A stretch of DNA of 32,000 nucleotides from Nostoc punctiforme PCC 73102 (lineage in GTDB: Bacteria > Cyanobacteriota > Cyanobacteriia > Cyanobacteriales > Nostocaceae). How positions within the stretch are numbered: the stretch's first letter is position 1; each line of letters starts with the position of its first letter. The stretch lies in the NCBI RefSeq assembly GCF_000020025.1, contig NC_010628.1, forward strand, positions 2,460,001 through 2,492,000, written 5' to 3'. The notes under the pieces are model-generated. The model saw nothing but the letters and a program-made list of their open reading frames with translations, ran no database searches and was not told the DNA's origin. Of this stretch, positions 8,433 to 19,223 are shown one piece after another. The position numbers and the translations under genes are program-made.

Positions 8433-8669
8433 AGTTAGTTCTGATTCCCTAATGGGAAAATGATTCTTTGATCTGGTAATTTTTTATTCAGAAATGTCCT
8501 TAGCTCTAGACTAATCACTGATCGTGACACGAGAAAGCGAATCCGCGTACCTATTGCTACGGGGATCTTACTACTCAAAGTGTCTTGGAAAGAGTATGTT
8601 GTAGACGACCCAATTAAAGATTTTGGTGTGGGCTACTGTACCCTCTTCCAAATTACGAATTAGAATTAA

Positions 8670-9485
8670 CTATTTGGCTAAGTTACGTTGGCGTAGCTTC
8701 AAAACAGCGCCGGAAACACCAAAAGCTAATATCGCCAAGGTATAAGTCGATTCGGGAACTGCAAGAATACTTACCTGATTAATGGCCAAACCGAATTGTG
8801 GAGCAGAACTACTAAAAACTAGCCGTGAGATGTTTGGAGTGTCACTACGAACTCCCAAGAACACTGCCGAATTATCTAATGCTAAGGACGAAATATTTGG
8901 AACTGAGAAACTAGCCAACAGGTTATTGGTGCTATCAAAAGCGTTGAGAAAAGTTTCAATTTTCAATTTACTACTGTCTATAGCTATCTGAGCCCCAGCA
9001 CCGAAAACAGGCTGGGCAAAACTAATTGTTAAAGGTTCACCGTTACCCTTAGTACCAGGATCGGGAGTACCAGGAGGAAGAGGGATAAAACCTGTTGGAT
9101 CTATACCTCCAAAGAGAATAAAGTCACCTAAAGCGAAGTTACTCCGAATTCCAGGGGAAGGTAAAGTTTGAAAAATAAATGGTGGAGTAACCCGAGGATT
9201 ATTAGTTGGAGCTATATTTATATCTAACCCTAAACCACCTTGGGATGTTGTTGAGAAAGAATTAGGTAAAAAAACAGAAAAGTCAGGAGCAGAGGGATTG
9301 AATACTTTACCTAAGCTTCCCCAATTGACTTGATCGTTGCCTTCTAAACCAGCGCGTTCCGTTACTAAAAATGTAGCTGCGTTAACTGGTAATGGTAAAA
9401 ATGTGACTATAGCTGCAATTACTGTTAAATATTTTACAGACAGCTTCTTGAATAATGGATTGATTGTAAATTGCACCAAGCTCAC
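8670..9485 (-). CDS. Secreted PEP-CTERM sorting-domain protein
   Basis: N-terminal signal peptide (LTVIAAIVTFLPLPVNA). C-terminal VPES motif, then the hydrophobic helix TYTLAILAFGVSGAVL, then the basic tail KLRQRNLAK. This is the PEP-CTERM architecture. Confidence 0.85.
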   Translation of the reverse strand: MSLVQFTINPLFKKLSVKYLTVIAAIVTFLPLPVNAATFLVTERAGLEGNDQVNWGSLGKVFNPSAPDFSVFLPNSFSTTSQGGLGLDINIAPTNNPRVTPPFIFQTLPSPGIRSNFALGDFILFGGIDPTGFIPLPPGTPDPGTKGNGEPLTISFAQPVFGAGAQIAIDSSKLKIETFLNAFDSTNNLLASFSVPNISSLALDNSAVFLGVRSDTPNISRLVFSSSAPQFGLAINQVSILAVPESTYTLAILAFGVSGAVLKLRQRNLAK

Positions 9486-10515
9486 TCCTTAATTTTGTAG
9501 AATAATATCATTAAAATAGAATAATTCAACACCAAAAATTAAACAGTATGTTGTTCATGGCAAACGCATCGGGTTTATAAAACTCCTGCTATATAAGCTT
9601 CTTAGAGAGAAAATAGCCTAGATTTTCAAACGCTAACCCCCTTACTGTTAAAGGATTATTATACCTTGGATGCGTTTACCCTATTGTGTTGGGTCGAGAG
9701 ATTTGAAGCAACTACCGTATTCAATGATTATGTTGCAAAAACTTTTGTTTTTCAGTAGTTTTTGCACAAAATTATTAGTTAAACATCAAAATCTGGCTTT
9801 AAAATCTAGCTTCGAATACCTAAATACTAGAAAAGCGTAAAATTTTAAAATATAACGCCTGTTTTTGCCGTACAGCAATATTTTCAGGTTTCTAGCAGAT
9901 TGATTTAGCATATAAAGTACTGAATAACCAAACTTTTTGAGGGCTAGCTGGTGAGAGTTGACACAATTCATACTTTTACCAGCCCAGCCTCATTCTATTT
10001 TTGCAACATAACTTTTACCCTGGAATACAAATACGATTACTCGTGCCTGTACTACTCTCAATCGATTATGGTTAAACTAATAGTTAGTGTTTCCACAACA
10101 AATCTACAATAAAGGGCAAAAAGCTTTAACTTCTCATGGAGATGTGACTCGTAGAAATTTACACCAACTGAATAGCTAGATTGGATGAGAAATTTTGAAT
10201 GAAGGCGAGTTGATTGCCTAAGAAAGAAATTATTAAAACCTCTTTAAGGCTCTCAAAAATGCCGGCAAAAAGTGTTGCAATTTTTGAAACCCAATTAGAT
10301 ACAAAACTTATCATCTTTACAAGATTATCATGATATATAACGAAAATAGGCTGTTCCAGAATATCCTTATAAGAGCGAATAAGCCTTCTTTAGCGGCAAG
10401 CAATGCTGTGCCACTATGAAAAATGTCGTTTTTCAATTTCTCTATATTTGGTATATCTTGCCAATGGTTAATTCTTAAAATACGTTTTTTTAATTTAGAT
10501 AATTTAGATATATTG

Positions 10516-10651
10516 CAATACGGTTCAGTTAAGAAAAATTGTAGGTTGGGTTAAGCAAATCGCAACCCCATAAAGCCTCGGAAATGTTGGGTTTCGTTCC
10601 TCAACCCAGCCTACGCAATTTACGGCTTTTGTCGCTAGCTGAATCGTATTG
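10516..10651. mobile_element. MITE-like element with nested inverted repeats
   Basis: Outer IR CAATACGGTTCAG (10516-10528) / CTGAATCGTATTG (10639-10651), 12 of 13 matched. Inner IR GTAGGTTGGGTT (10541-10552) / AACCCAGCCTAC (10603-10614). The core GTTGGGTTTCGTTCCTCAACCCA is a motif I recognise as widely dispersed in cyanobacterial genomes. Confidence 0.6.
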
Positions 10652-10878
10652 AGATATATTACACATTGCGCTTAATCTATTTTTGAAAAATGATTTAGGA
10701 CTGCTATAGCTGTTAATTATTATCAAAAACTGTTGTAATAAATTTTCTAGATTTTAATAATATAGTGATTATCTGGACTTGATATTACCTCTTGTAATAG
10801 AAAGCAGAGTAAGGGAGATCGGGAGGATGAGGGAGATTAAGATAATAATTCTCAACTCCCAACTCCCTATTCTATTTT

Positions 10879-13800
10879 TCAATTACTAGAATCATTGGAT
10901 CTGTTATCATCAGCATTTTGTTTGATAATTACAGATGAATGTTGATGAGCGTTGGTCGTTCGCGTAGGATCTCCGACTGGAGTTGGCATTGCTCTTGATT
11001 GTCCATCGTTGTTTCCATCTGGGGATGGCGGTTGGGAGGGTTTAGCAGGTTTTTTCTTCAAGAAGCGTTCTTCCAAATTTTTAATGATTACGTACAGGAC
11101 TGGAACAATCAGCAAACTCAAAATCGTTGCTACGAGTAGCCCGCCAAATAAGGCTGTTCCTAACGACCAGCGCGAGGCAGAACCGGCTCCGGTGGCGATT
11201 ACCAGGGGGAAAAATCCTAGCAAGGAGGCACTTGAAGTCATCACAATCGGTCGGAACCTTTCTTGCGCTGCGGTTATGGCTGCTTGTCGAATTGTCAAAC
11301 CTTCTTCAAGGGCTTGATTGGCAAACTCAACGATCAAAATTGCGTTTTTCGACGCTAATCCAATCAGCATCACCAATGCCACGTTTGCGTAGACATCATT
11401 CACCAAACCGCGCAAAGCTAAGGCACTTAATGCGCCTAACAACGCTAACGGTACAGTTAACAAAATAATTGCCGGATCGATATAACTTTCATACTGAGCA
11501 GCTAGCGTCAGAAACACCATAATTATCCCGAAGCCAAAAATCAAAATCCCCAAGTTACCTGCACTTAATTCTTCACGGGCAGTGCCAATCCAATCACTGC
11601 CAACTCCCGGTGTTGCTGCTTCAGTCACCGCTTGCTGCATTGCTTGAATCGCCTGTCCACTACTGTAGCCCGATGCTTCTCTACCTTGTATATCGATCGC
11701 ACGGAAGCCGTTGTAATGGGAAATTACAGATGGCCCTGTTGTCGGTGTGATCTTTGCCACCTCGCTCAATCGCACCATTTGGTTATTTGCCGATCGCACA
11801 TAAAGCCGCCGAATATCATCAGGCGATCGCCGATAGTTAGCATCTGCCTGAATATATACGCGGTAGCTACGCTGTCCCAAGGTAAAATCGTTAACATACT
11901 GGGAGCCAATTGCAGCTCCGAGTGTGTTGACAGCTTGTTGAAAATCGATATTAAGTGCTTCTAAACGAGTGCGATCGAAGTCAATTTGAAACTGTGGTGT
12001 ACTGGCTGTAAATTGGGTAAAAACGCCGCCTTTGAGCGCTGGTTTTTGATTTGCTTGGGCAATCACCGCTTGAGCATTCGCAAAAAAATCATTTATTGTC
12101 AGTCGCCCGTTGGTACGGTCTTCTAGCTGTAATTCAAATCCCCCTAAAGTACTAAAGCCTTGAATTGGTGGGGGACTGACTGCGGTGATAATAGCTTCTG
12201 GAATCGTTGCAAATTCCCTATTTATTCGGGTTAAGATTGCAGAGGCAGTTTGATTGGGTTGACTGCGCTCCTCCCACGGCTTGAGTTTTGCAAAGAACAC
12301 GCCGCGATTTGAGCCACTACCTGCAAAGCCAAATCCCGAAGTGGCGAAAATGTTATCAACCTCCGGTTCTTTTTCGAGAATTTGCTCGAGTTTTTCAATT
12401 ACTCGATCGGTATAGTTGAGGGCAACTCCATCTGGGCCTTGAATAATACCTAAGACAATTCCCTGGTCTTCACTCGGAACAAATCCGGTGGGAACATGGG
12501 TAAACATAAAATATGTGGCAGCTAAACCAACCACAAATAATCCAATTACCGCATAACGAATGCGAATCAGAAAATTAACGATCGCTAAATACTTTTCAAT
12601 GATCCATTGTAAAATTCGATTGAAACGACTAAAAAACCAACCAAGCGGGCCGCGTGCAGGTCGAGGCGGACGGAGCAGAATTGCAGATATACTCGGACTA
12701 AAGGAAAGGGCATTAAACGTTGATATGGCGATTGAAAAAGCAATAATCAACGCGAACTGCTGATACATTTTTCCTGTCGAACCTGGGAAAAATGCCACCG
12801 GGATAAAAACCGCCATCAATACCAGCGACGTTGAAACTACGGCTCCGGTAAGTTCATCCATTGCCTCGACTGATGCTTGCAGTGGTCGCATTCCTTGTTC
12901 AACTTTGCGGGCGATCGCTTCAACAACGATAATGGCATCATCTACAACTAATCCTGTTGCCAAAATTAAGCCAAATAACGTTAAATTATTCAACGAGAAT
13001 CTAAACACGTAAGCGAATGCTAATGCCCCAATCAGTGAAACGGGAATGGCAACCAGGGGAATAATTGTGGCTCGCCAGTTTTGTAGAAACAGAAAAATCA
13101 CCAGTACGACAAGAGCGATCGCTTCAACTAGTGTTTTCAGCACTTCTTCGAGTGACGCTTGCACAAACCCAACGGTATCGTAGACAATCTCAGCTTTTAA
13201 GCCTGGTGGAAAGTCTTTCATCAACTCATTCATCTGAGCCTGAACGTTTTTGGAGACATCCAGAGCGTTACTACCAGGTGACTGATAAATTGCGATACCA
13301 ATTGATGGCTTACCATTATTTCTGGCATTGCTGGTGTAAGTCTCCGAGCCAAGTTCTGCACGGCCCACATCTTGAAGTTTAATTAAATTGCCATTACTTC
13401 CGGCTTGAATGACTAGATTTTCAAACTCTGACGCATCTTTAAATTGACCATTGATTCGCAACGGAATTTCATAACTTTGGCCTGGAGGGATAGGCGATTG
13501 ACCTAATGTTCCGGCTCCGGCGAGGATGTTTTGCGATCGCAATGCCGTAGCAACATCTGTCACAGTTAAGCCTCGGCTTGCCAGTGCATTTGGGTCGAGC
13601 CACAACCGCATTGCATATTGCTTTTCACCAAAAATTGTTAAATCCCCAACTCCAGGCGTTCTCAGCAGTTGATCTCGCAAATTTAGATCGATATAGTTAC
13701 TAATAAACAACGCGTCATACTCATTATTTTCTGGATAAAGAGCATAGACTAACAAAATACTTGTAGAAGATGTTTGTGCTGTCACACCGAATTGTTGCAC

Positions 13801-14172
13801 CGTTGTCGGTAGGCGAGGTGTAGCACGAGCAAGACGATTCTGGACGTTAACTTGAGCAATATTTTTATCTGTCTGCGCCCCGAAATATACCGAAATTTGG
13901 CTACTACCTGCTGAACTATTCGAGGTCATGTACTGCATTCCCTCAACGCCATTAATCTGTCGCTCCAGCGTAGTTGTTACGGCAGTTTCGACAGTTTCCA
14001 CATCCGCCCCAGTATAGGAAGCTGAGACTTGAACGCGAATCGGTGCAATATCTGGCAAGTAATTAAGCGGCAGCAACGGAATACACACGCCACCGACAAT
14101 CAGAATCAGTAGAGTGCAAACGGTAGTTAATACCGGGCGTTTGATGAAGGTATTCGCGATCGAAAAAATCAT
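10879..14172 (-). CDS. RND efflux transporter, inner-membrane permease (AcrB/HAE1-like)
   Basis: 1097 aa with the typical 12-TM, two-large-periplasmic-loop layout. Conserved TM4 region GLVVDDAIIVVE and N-terminus FIKRPVLTTV. Carries an extra 59-aa low-complexity C-terminal tail. Confidence 0.95.
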   Translation of the reverse strand: MIFSIANTFIKRPVLTTVCTLLILIVGGVCIPLLPLNYLPDIAPIRVQVSASYTGADVETVETAVTTTLERQINGVEGMQYMTSNSSAGSSQISVYFGAQTDKNIAQVNVQNRLARATPRLPTTVQQFGVTAQTSSTSILLVYALYPENNEYDALFISNYIDLNLRDQLLRTPGVGDLTIFGEKQYAMRLWLDPNALASRGLTVTDVATALRSQNILAGAGTLGQSPIPPGQSYEIPLRINGQFKDASEFENLVIQAGSNGNLIKLQDVGRAELGSETYTSNARNNGKPSIGIAIYQSPGSNALDVSKNVQAQMNELMKDFPPGLKAEIVYDTVGFVQASLEEVLKTLVEAIALVVLVIFLFLQNWRATIIPLVAIPVSLIGALAFAYVFRFSLNNLTLFGLILATGLVVDDAIIVVEAIARKVEQGMRPLQASVEAMDELTGAVVSTSLVLMAVFIPVAFFPGSTGKMYQQFALIIAFSIAISTFNALSFSPSISAILLRPPRPARGPLGWFFSRFNRILQWIIEKYLAIVNFLIRIRYAVIGLFVVGLAATYFMFTHVPTGFVPSEDQGIVLGIIQGPDGVALNYTDRVIEKLEQILEKEPEVDNIFATSGFGFAGSGSNRGVFFAKLKPWEERSQPNQTASAILTRINREFATIPEAIITAVSPPPIQGFSTLGGFELQLEDRTNGRLTINDFFANAQAVIAQANQKPALKGGVFTQFTASTPQFQIDFDRTRLEALNIDFQQAVNTLGAAIGSQYVNDFTLGQRSYRVYIQADANYRRSPDDIRRLYVRSANNQMVRLSEVAKITPTTGPSVISHYNGFRAIDIQGREASGYSSGQAIQAMQQAVTEAATPGVGSDWIGTAREELSAGNLGILIFGFGIIMVFLTLAAQYESYIDPAIILLTVPLALLGALSALALRGLVNDVYANVALVMLIGLASKNAILIVEFANQALEEGLTIRQAAITAAQERFRPIVMTSSASLLGFFPLVIATGAGSASRWSLGTALFGGLLVATILSLLIVPVLYVIIKNLEERFLKKKPAKPSQPPSPDGNNDGQSRAMPTPVGDPTRTTNAHQHSSVIIKQNADDNRSNDSSN

Positions 14173-14186
14173 AAACTATCCTGGAT

Positions 14187-15449
14187 TTATGATATTGGTT
14201 GAATTGGTGCGCCTTCTCTAAGTTTGAGAATGCCAGAAGTTACAATCGTTTCGCCAGATTTAAGCCCATCGATAACTTGATAATTGGGTCCTTGAATATC
14301 TCCCAGGCGCACTAAACGCTGATGCACAACTTGCTGCTGTTGTCCATTTACGGTTTTGTTTTCGGTGACAAACACAAAACTTTGTCCACCAACGCGAGAA
14401 ATTGCGACGGTGGGAATCAAGATCCCTGGTTGTCGATTCCAAATCACGCGAGCTTGAACGTATTGTCCATCGCGCAATCGCCCTTGTGAATTCCGAAAGC
14501 GGGCTTTGCTCAAAACTGACTGTTGGTTAGAACTTACATTTGGAGAAATATAGCTAATCGCACCTGTACCAATTAATTGCTGGGTTGTGGGATCGATTAA
14601 CTGAACGGGTAAGTTCATTCGCAATTGGCGCAATCGATTCGAGGGTATAGAAAGATTGAGATCCAGCGAATCGTTTTGTGTGAGTGTGGTGATTGTTTGT
14701 CCGATGTTGACATAATCTCCAACCTTGACCGGAAATTCACCGACTACGCCAGTAATGGGTGCTACCACTTGCTTGAAACCGAGGCTGACTCGCGCCGCAG
14801 CCGTGCTTGCTTGAGCTTGGCGGATATTTGCCTGTGCTTGCCGGACGGCTGCTCTAGATGCTGCGACTTGTTTTTCAGCTGCTTGCAGGTCTGCGATCGC
14901 AGTTTGTAAATTATTTCTAGCAATGTCTGACTCTTGCCTAGCTACGGCTCCTTCGCTGACTAACTGTTGGGTACGATTGAATTGTGTCCGTTGCAGTTGA
15001 ACATTTGCAGCTGCTTTGGTGCGTTGGGCTTCGGCTTGTTGTTGTTCTGCTTGAGCAGTAGCCAATGCTGCTTGCACCGAATTAGCAGCCGCGATCGAAC
15101 TGGCGACATTGGCCTGAGCCTGATCTAAACTCAAAGATGCGATCGGCGTACCCTGCTGCACTTTCTGACCACTCGACACCAGAATTGATTCGATTCGTCC
15201 CTGAGTTTGGGGCTGTAGCGTGACTTTTTGCTGCGCCTCCAACGATCCAACAAACTCGGAACTTTCTTCGATTGTGCCTGCGTCAATTTTCTGAAGTTTC
15301 ACAGGCAATGGTGGTGGGCTTTGAGCATTTGCTGCTGGATCGTTTTTTTGACAACCACTTGTCAATGTTGTAAGCATTAGTATGATAACTAATACTGGAT
15401 TTGCGAGTAATAGATTTAAGTATTTAGGTAGAGAATAAAGTTTTAGCAT
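14187..15449 (-). CDS. RND efflux periplasmic adaptor (membrane fusion protein, HlyD_D23 family)
   Basis: Lipobox LTSGC. Long A/Q-rich coiled-coil hairpin, beta-barrel and C-terminal domain. The stop lies 14 nt upstream of the RND gene, consistent with an operon. Confidence 0.9.
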   Translation of the reverse strand: MLKLYSLPKYLNLLLANPVLVIILMLTTLTSGCQKNDPAANAQSPPPLPVKLQKIDAGTIEESSEFVGSLEAQQKVTLQPQTQGRIESILVSSGQKVQQGTPIASLSLDQAQANVASSIAAANSVQAALATAQAEQQQAEAQRTKAAANVQLQRTQFNRTQQLVSEGAVARQESDIARNNLQTAIADLQAAEKQVAASRAAVRQAQANIRQAQASTAAARVSLGFKQVVAPITGVVGEFPVKVGDYVNIGQTITTLTQNDSLDLNLSIPSNRLRQLRMNLPVQLIDPTTQQLIGTGAISYISPNVSSNQQSVLSKARFRNSQGRLRDGQYVQARVIWNRQPGILIPTVAISRVGGQSFVFVTENKTVNGQQQQVVHQRLVRLGDIQGPNYQVIDGLKSGETIVTSGILKLREGAPIQPIS

Positions 15450-15877
15450 GAAACAAAATTCCGATCGGCTAAATTTCTAGACTGCACAAGTTTTCCATCT
15501 CAAGCCAAGGGATTGAGAAAGTCTAATAACTCCTGCTTTGCCGCAGTAAATTTTCTATCTATTTAGATCCTTTGTTGATACTTTAGATGTATCTTTCATC
15601 TGAGTCACGGATTTAACTCAAGTAAACTTATCTTTAAAAAATCTCTGGATTAATACTACGTGAGTTCGACGGATTAAAAAAAATACTAAAGATAGAGATA
15701 ATTAATTTTGTAGGGTAGATATAAAAGATTTTTGAACATGATAAATAAGTAGGCAGAATAAGAGTAAATGGCTGATTGCGTCGTCAAAGACCTCGACCTC
15801 CGAAACTATGAATTTGGCAAGTGGAATCATTTGCTGTATCAACGATTATCTGGTGACGTGCTTTTTTTAAGCAGTTG

Positions 15878-18800
15878 TCATGGGGTGATAACCGTTGCGA
15901 TCGCATCCAGCAGGCGTTGCGGGTAGAGCGGTTTTGCCAGATGCGCTTGAAATCCGGCAACGAGGATTTTGTGTCGATTCATCTCACCGACATAGGCGGT
16001 CAGGGCGATCGCGGGAATATCCCGGTTGAATTGAGGCGGTAAAGCGCGAACCTGACGAATGAAGGTGTAGCCATCCATTTCTGGCATCCCGATATCGCTG
16101 ATGAGCAGATCGAATTGAGATTGGGTCAGTAACCGTAGAGCTTCGGTAGCAGAGGAGACTGCCCGCACTGTCGCGCCTTCCTGCTCCAGTACAACCTTAA
16201 CCAGTTCTAGAGAATCTGCCTCATCATCTACCACTATCGCTCGCAGATTTTCTAAATTCAGCGTTTGATTGTTGAGGTAATCAGGAGCATCGGGACTTGG
16301 TACAGGCATTAATGGCAACTGCACCGTAAAGGTTGCCCCAAGACCTTCGCCGGCACTTACAGCCGTAATGGTGCCGCCATGCGCTTCTACCACCTGACGA
16401 GCGATCGCCAGCCCTAAGCCCAATCCGCCAAAAGAACGAGTACTAGAACTGTCTTGCTGTTGGAATAACTCAAATACATGGGGCAAAAATTCGGGTTGGA
16501 TGCCCTTTCCGGTATCACTTACCTGAATTTGAGCATGGCGATCGACAGAGGTGAGTTGCACTGTCACCCATCCCCCTGTAGAGTTGAATTTAATCGCATT
16601 CGACAGTAAATTCCAGACCACCTGTTGCAGCCTGTCTGCATCCCCTCTCACCTGCCCTACCGATGGGTCAAGCAACACCTCAAGCTGAATCGCTTTTGCT
16701 TCTGCGGCTAAACGAACGGTTTCTAAAGCCGCCGCGATTGGCTCAGATAAATCGATAGCTCCAAAGCTAAGGGTGAGTTTGCCACGAATAATCCGAGAGA
16801 TATCGAGGAGATCCTCAACGAGTTGCACCTGTTGCTTGGCATTGCGCTCGATCGCGCTTAACCCCTGCTGGAGTTTGTCGGAACTGACAAGGGGTGATTG
16901 TAGTAGTTTTGCCCAGCCCAAAATCGGGTTAAGCGGTGTTCGTAGTTCGTGGGAGAGAACAGCAAGAAATTCATCTTTCATGCGGTTGGCACGTTCTGCT
17001 GCTTCCCGTGCGGCTTGCTCTTGTCGAAGTAGCTGTTCCCGTTGGGCTTCGGCTTGTTTTTGCTCCGTAATATTCAATACCGTACCACTGAAGCGGAGTG
17101 GTTTTCCCTTTGCATCATAGTAGGCTTGCCCTTTTGCCCTAAGCCAACGTTCAACTTTATCCTCAATGCCGATCGTCCGATACTCAGTGTCATAAAAGCC
17201 ACCTAATACTGGATTGAGCGCCGCTTGAACAATTTCCTGAAGGCGATCGCGGTCATCGGGATGTAAGCCCTCAAAAAATAATTCAATGCTACTCTCACCA
17301 TCGGGCGATAGCCCAAACATGGCTTTGCAGCCTGTATCCCATCTCAATTCTCCTGTAATGAGATTCCAATCCCAGGTTCCCAATTGGGCAGAGGTGATTG
17401 CCATACGCAAACGGTCTTCACTCTCTCGCAGAGCTTCCTCTGCCTGTTTGCGATCGGTGATGTCAATAACTGAACCGATGTAGCCCTTATACTGACGATC
17501 TGCCCCAAACCAAGGGCTTGCTGCATCGATTGCCCACCGATACTCTCCGTCCCGACGGCGTAAACGGTATTCTGCCCGAAAGGCCTCGTGACGAGTATTA
17601 GAGCTGACAAATGTTTCTCTAGCAAATGCACAATCCTCTGGATGCAACGCGTCCAGCCAACCAAACCCCAGTCCCGTTGCTTCGGTTTGCCCTGTGAATT
17701 CGTACCAGCTTTGGCTGAGGTAGGTGCAGTACCCGGTGGCATCCGTGACCCAAACCATTACAAGTGCATTGTCTGCCATACTGCGGAATCGTTCTTCACT
17801 CTGGCGTAGAGCTTCCTCGACTTGAATCTGTTCGGTGATATCTTCACAAACGGTATTGATACCAATCACGCGATCGCCATCCTTTAGCGGCAAGAAACTT
17901 TCTAGCCAGACACGCTGTACTCCCGGTCTTGCTGGAGTTTCCCCCCGAATTTCGACGTTTAGTAGCGGTTCTCCCGTTTCTAAGATAGCGCAAAGCAACT
18001 CTTCGACAGTATCCGCGATGTTAGGTAGCAACTCTCGAATTGTTCGCCCAATGTGTTCCTCTACAGAAAATCCATTGATTTCTGCCAATCGCTGGTTAAT
18101 CCGCACAAAGCGCAGGTCAGTATCGAGAACGTTCAACCCGATCGGAGCAGACTGGTAGATGGTTTCAATTTCAGTCAGTTGTCTGTGCAAGGTTGCCCGA
18201 CTTTCCTGTAATTCGGCTTCCAGTTGCTGACGTTCTGTCACATCTGCTGTCATGCCAATGATTCGGGTTAGCTGTCCCTGCCCGTCAAACAGCGCACGTC
18301 CGCTTTCCTCCAATATAACGATTTGACCATCCGGGCGCACGAATCGATAGGTGATTTTGTAAGTGCTGTTCTCAGGTGCAAGTGCCTGTAAGCCTGCCAA
18401 AAAGCGATCGCGATCGTCAGGATGGACTCGTTGAAAATAACTGGTACCTGTGTCCTGTTGTGCCGATGGCGACTTTAATCCCAGGATGGAAGCAGATTGA
18501 GGCGATCGCTCGATCGTATCAAGGTTTGGCTCCCACTCAAAGGTAAACATCCAGGCAACTTCCATTGCCAATTGGTTGCGCTCTTCGCTCTCCCGCAGTG
18601 CTGTATTTACCTGCTCTAACTGGGCAGTTCGTTCGGCAACGCGCTGTTCTAGTTCTTGGTTAGCGCGTTGTAGAGCGGCTTCCGTCTCTTTTTGCTGGGT
18701 CATGTCACGGGCAACGCAGTACATCACTCCTCGGTCAATCTGCGGTGATGCTGTCCATGCCAGCCATCGGTAGCAGCCATTCTTTGTCCGGTAACGATTC

Positions 18801-19120
18801 TCGAAATAGAGCGTTGGTAGGCCCGTATTCAACTTCTCCATTTCTCGCAGCGTAGCAGAGTGGTCATCTGGATGCACTAAGTCCAGAAAAGGACTGGCTA
18901 AGAATTCTGCTTCTGAGTAACCGAGGGTTTGGCTAAAGACAGGGTTGATCCGTTTAAAGTAGCCATCCAGGCCAATGACCGACAGCAGATCGAGCGATCG
19001 CTCAAAGAAAAAGGCTTCTTCAGATGGCGATGCAGCATCGCCACCTTCCTGAGTGTTCACGGCTGGGAAGCTTTGTGATTCTAAAGGAGGATCTGCTTCA
19101 CACAAGCGCATTTGCTCCAT
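15878..19120 (-). CDS. Hybrid sensor histidine kinase / response regulator with multiple PAS/PAC domains
   Basis: Repeated PAS/PAC units separated by coiled-coil linkers. H-box FLAVLSHELRTPLNPILGW. G2 box GGLGLGLAIARQVVEAHGG. C-terminal receiver AIVVDDEADSLE...LISDIGMPEMDGY...LTAY...K. Confidence 0.95.
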   Translation of the reverse strand: MEQMRLCEADPPLESQSFPAVNTQEGGDAASPSEEAFFFERSLDLLSVIGLDGYFKRINPVFSQTLGYSEAEFLASPFLDLVHPDDHSATLREMEKLNTGLPTLYFENRYRTKNGCYRWLAWTASPQIDRGVMYCVARDMTQQKETEAALQRANQELEQRVAERTAQLEQVNTALRESEERNQLAMEVAWMFTFEWEPNLDTIERSPQSASILGLKSPSAQQDTGTSYFQRVHPDDRDRFLAGLQALAPENSTYKITYRFVRPDGQIVILEESGRALFDGQGQLTRIIGMTADVTERQQLEAELQESRATLHRQLTEIETIYQSAPIGLNVLDTDLRFVRINQRLAEINGFSVEEHIGRTIRELLPNIADTVEELLCAILETGEPLLNVEIRGETPARPGVQRVWLESFLPLKDGDRVIGINTVCEDITEQIQVEEALRQSEERFRSMADNALVMVWVTDATGYCTYLSQSWYEFTGQTEATGLGFGWLDALHPEDCAFARETFVSSNTRHEAFRAEYRLRRRDGEYRWAIDAASPWFGADRQYKGYIGSVIDITDRKQAEEALRESEDRLRMAITSAQLGTWDWNLITGELRWDTGCKAMFGLSPDGESSIELFFEGLHPDDRDRLQEIVQAALNPVLGGFYDTEYRTIGIEDKVERWLRAKGQAYYDAKGKPLRFSGTVLNITEQKQAEAQREQLLRQEQAAREAAERANRMKDEFLAVLSHELRTPLNPILGWAKLLQSPLVSSDKLQQGLSAIERNAKQQVQLVEDLLDISRIIRGKLTLSFGAIDLSEPIAAALETVRLAAEAKAIQLEVLLDPSVGQVRGDADRLQQVVWNLLSNAIKFNSTGGWVTVQLTSVDRHAQIQVSDTGKGIQPEFLPHVFELFQQQDSSSTRSFGGLGLGLAIARQVVEAHGGTITAVSAGEGLGATFTVQLPLMPVPSPDAPDYLNNQTLNLENLRAIVVDDEADSLELVKVVLEQEGATVRAVSSATEALRLLTQSQFDLLISDIGMPEMDGYTFIRQVRALPPQFNRDIPAIALTAYVGEMNRHKILVAGFQAHLAKPLYPQRLLDAIATVITP

Positions 19121-19223
19121 AATAAAAAATCTATAGTAGCGGATTTCTACCCAAAATTGCTTACCGCCATATTGTTTTAGACCACCCTACCCAATACTTG
19201 TCGGGTTTTGGGGAAAGGGAAAG

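Noticed and set aside
10159-10314. 51-aa hydrophobic minus-strand sORF (MISFVSNWVSKIATLFAGIFESLKEVLIISFLGNQLAFIQNFSSNLAIQLV) in the long non-coding region
   Set aside because: No Shine-Dalgarno sequence and no homology that I can recognise. In A+T-rich DNA an ORF of this length is expected by chance. Kept only as a note.
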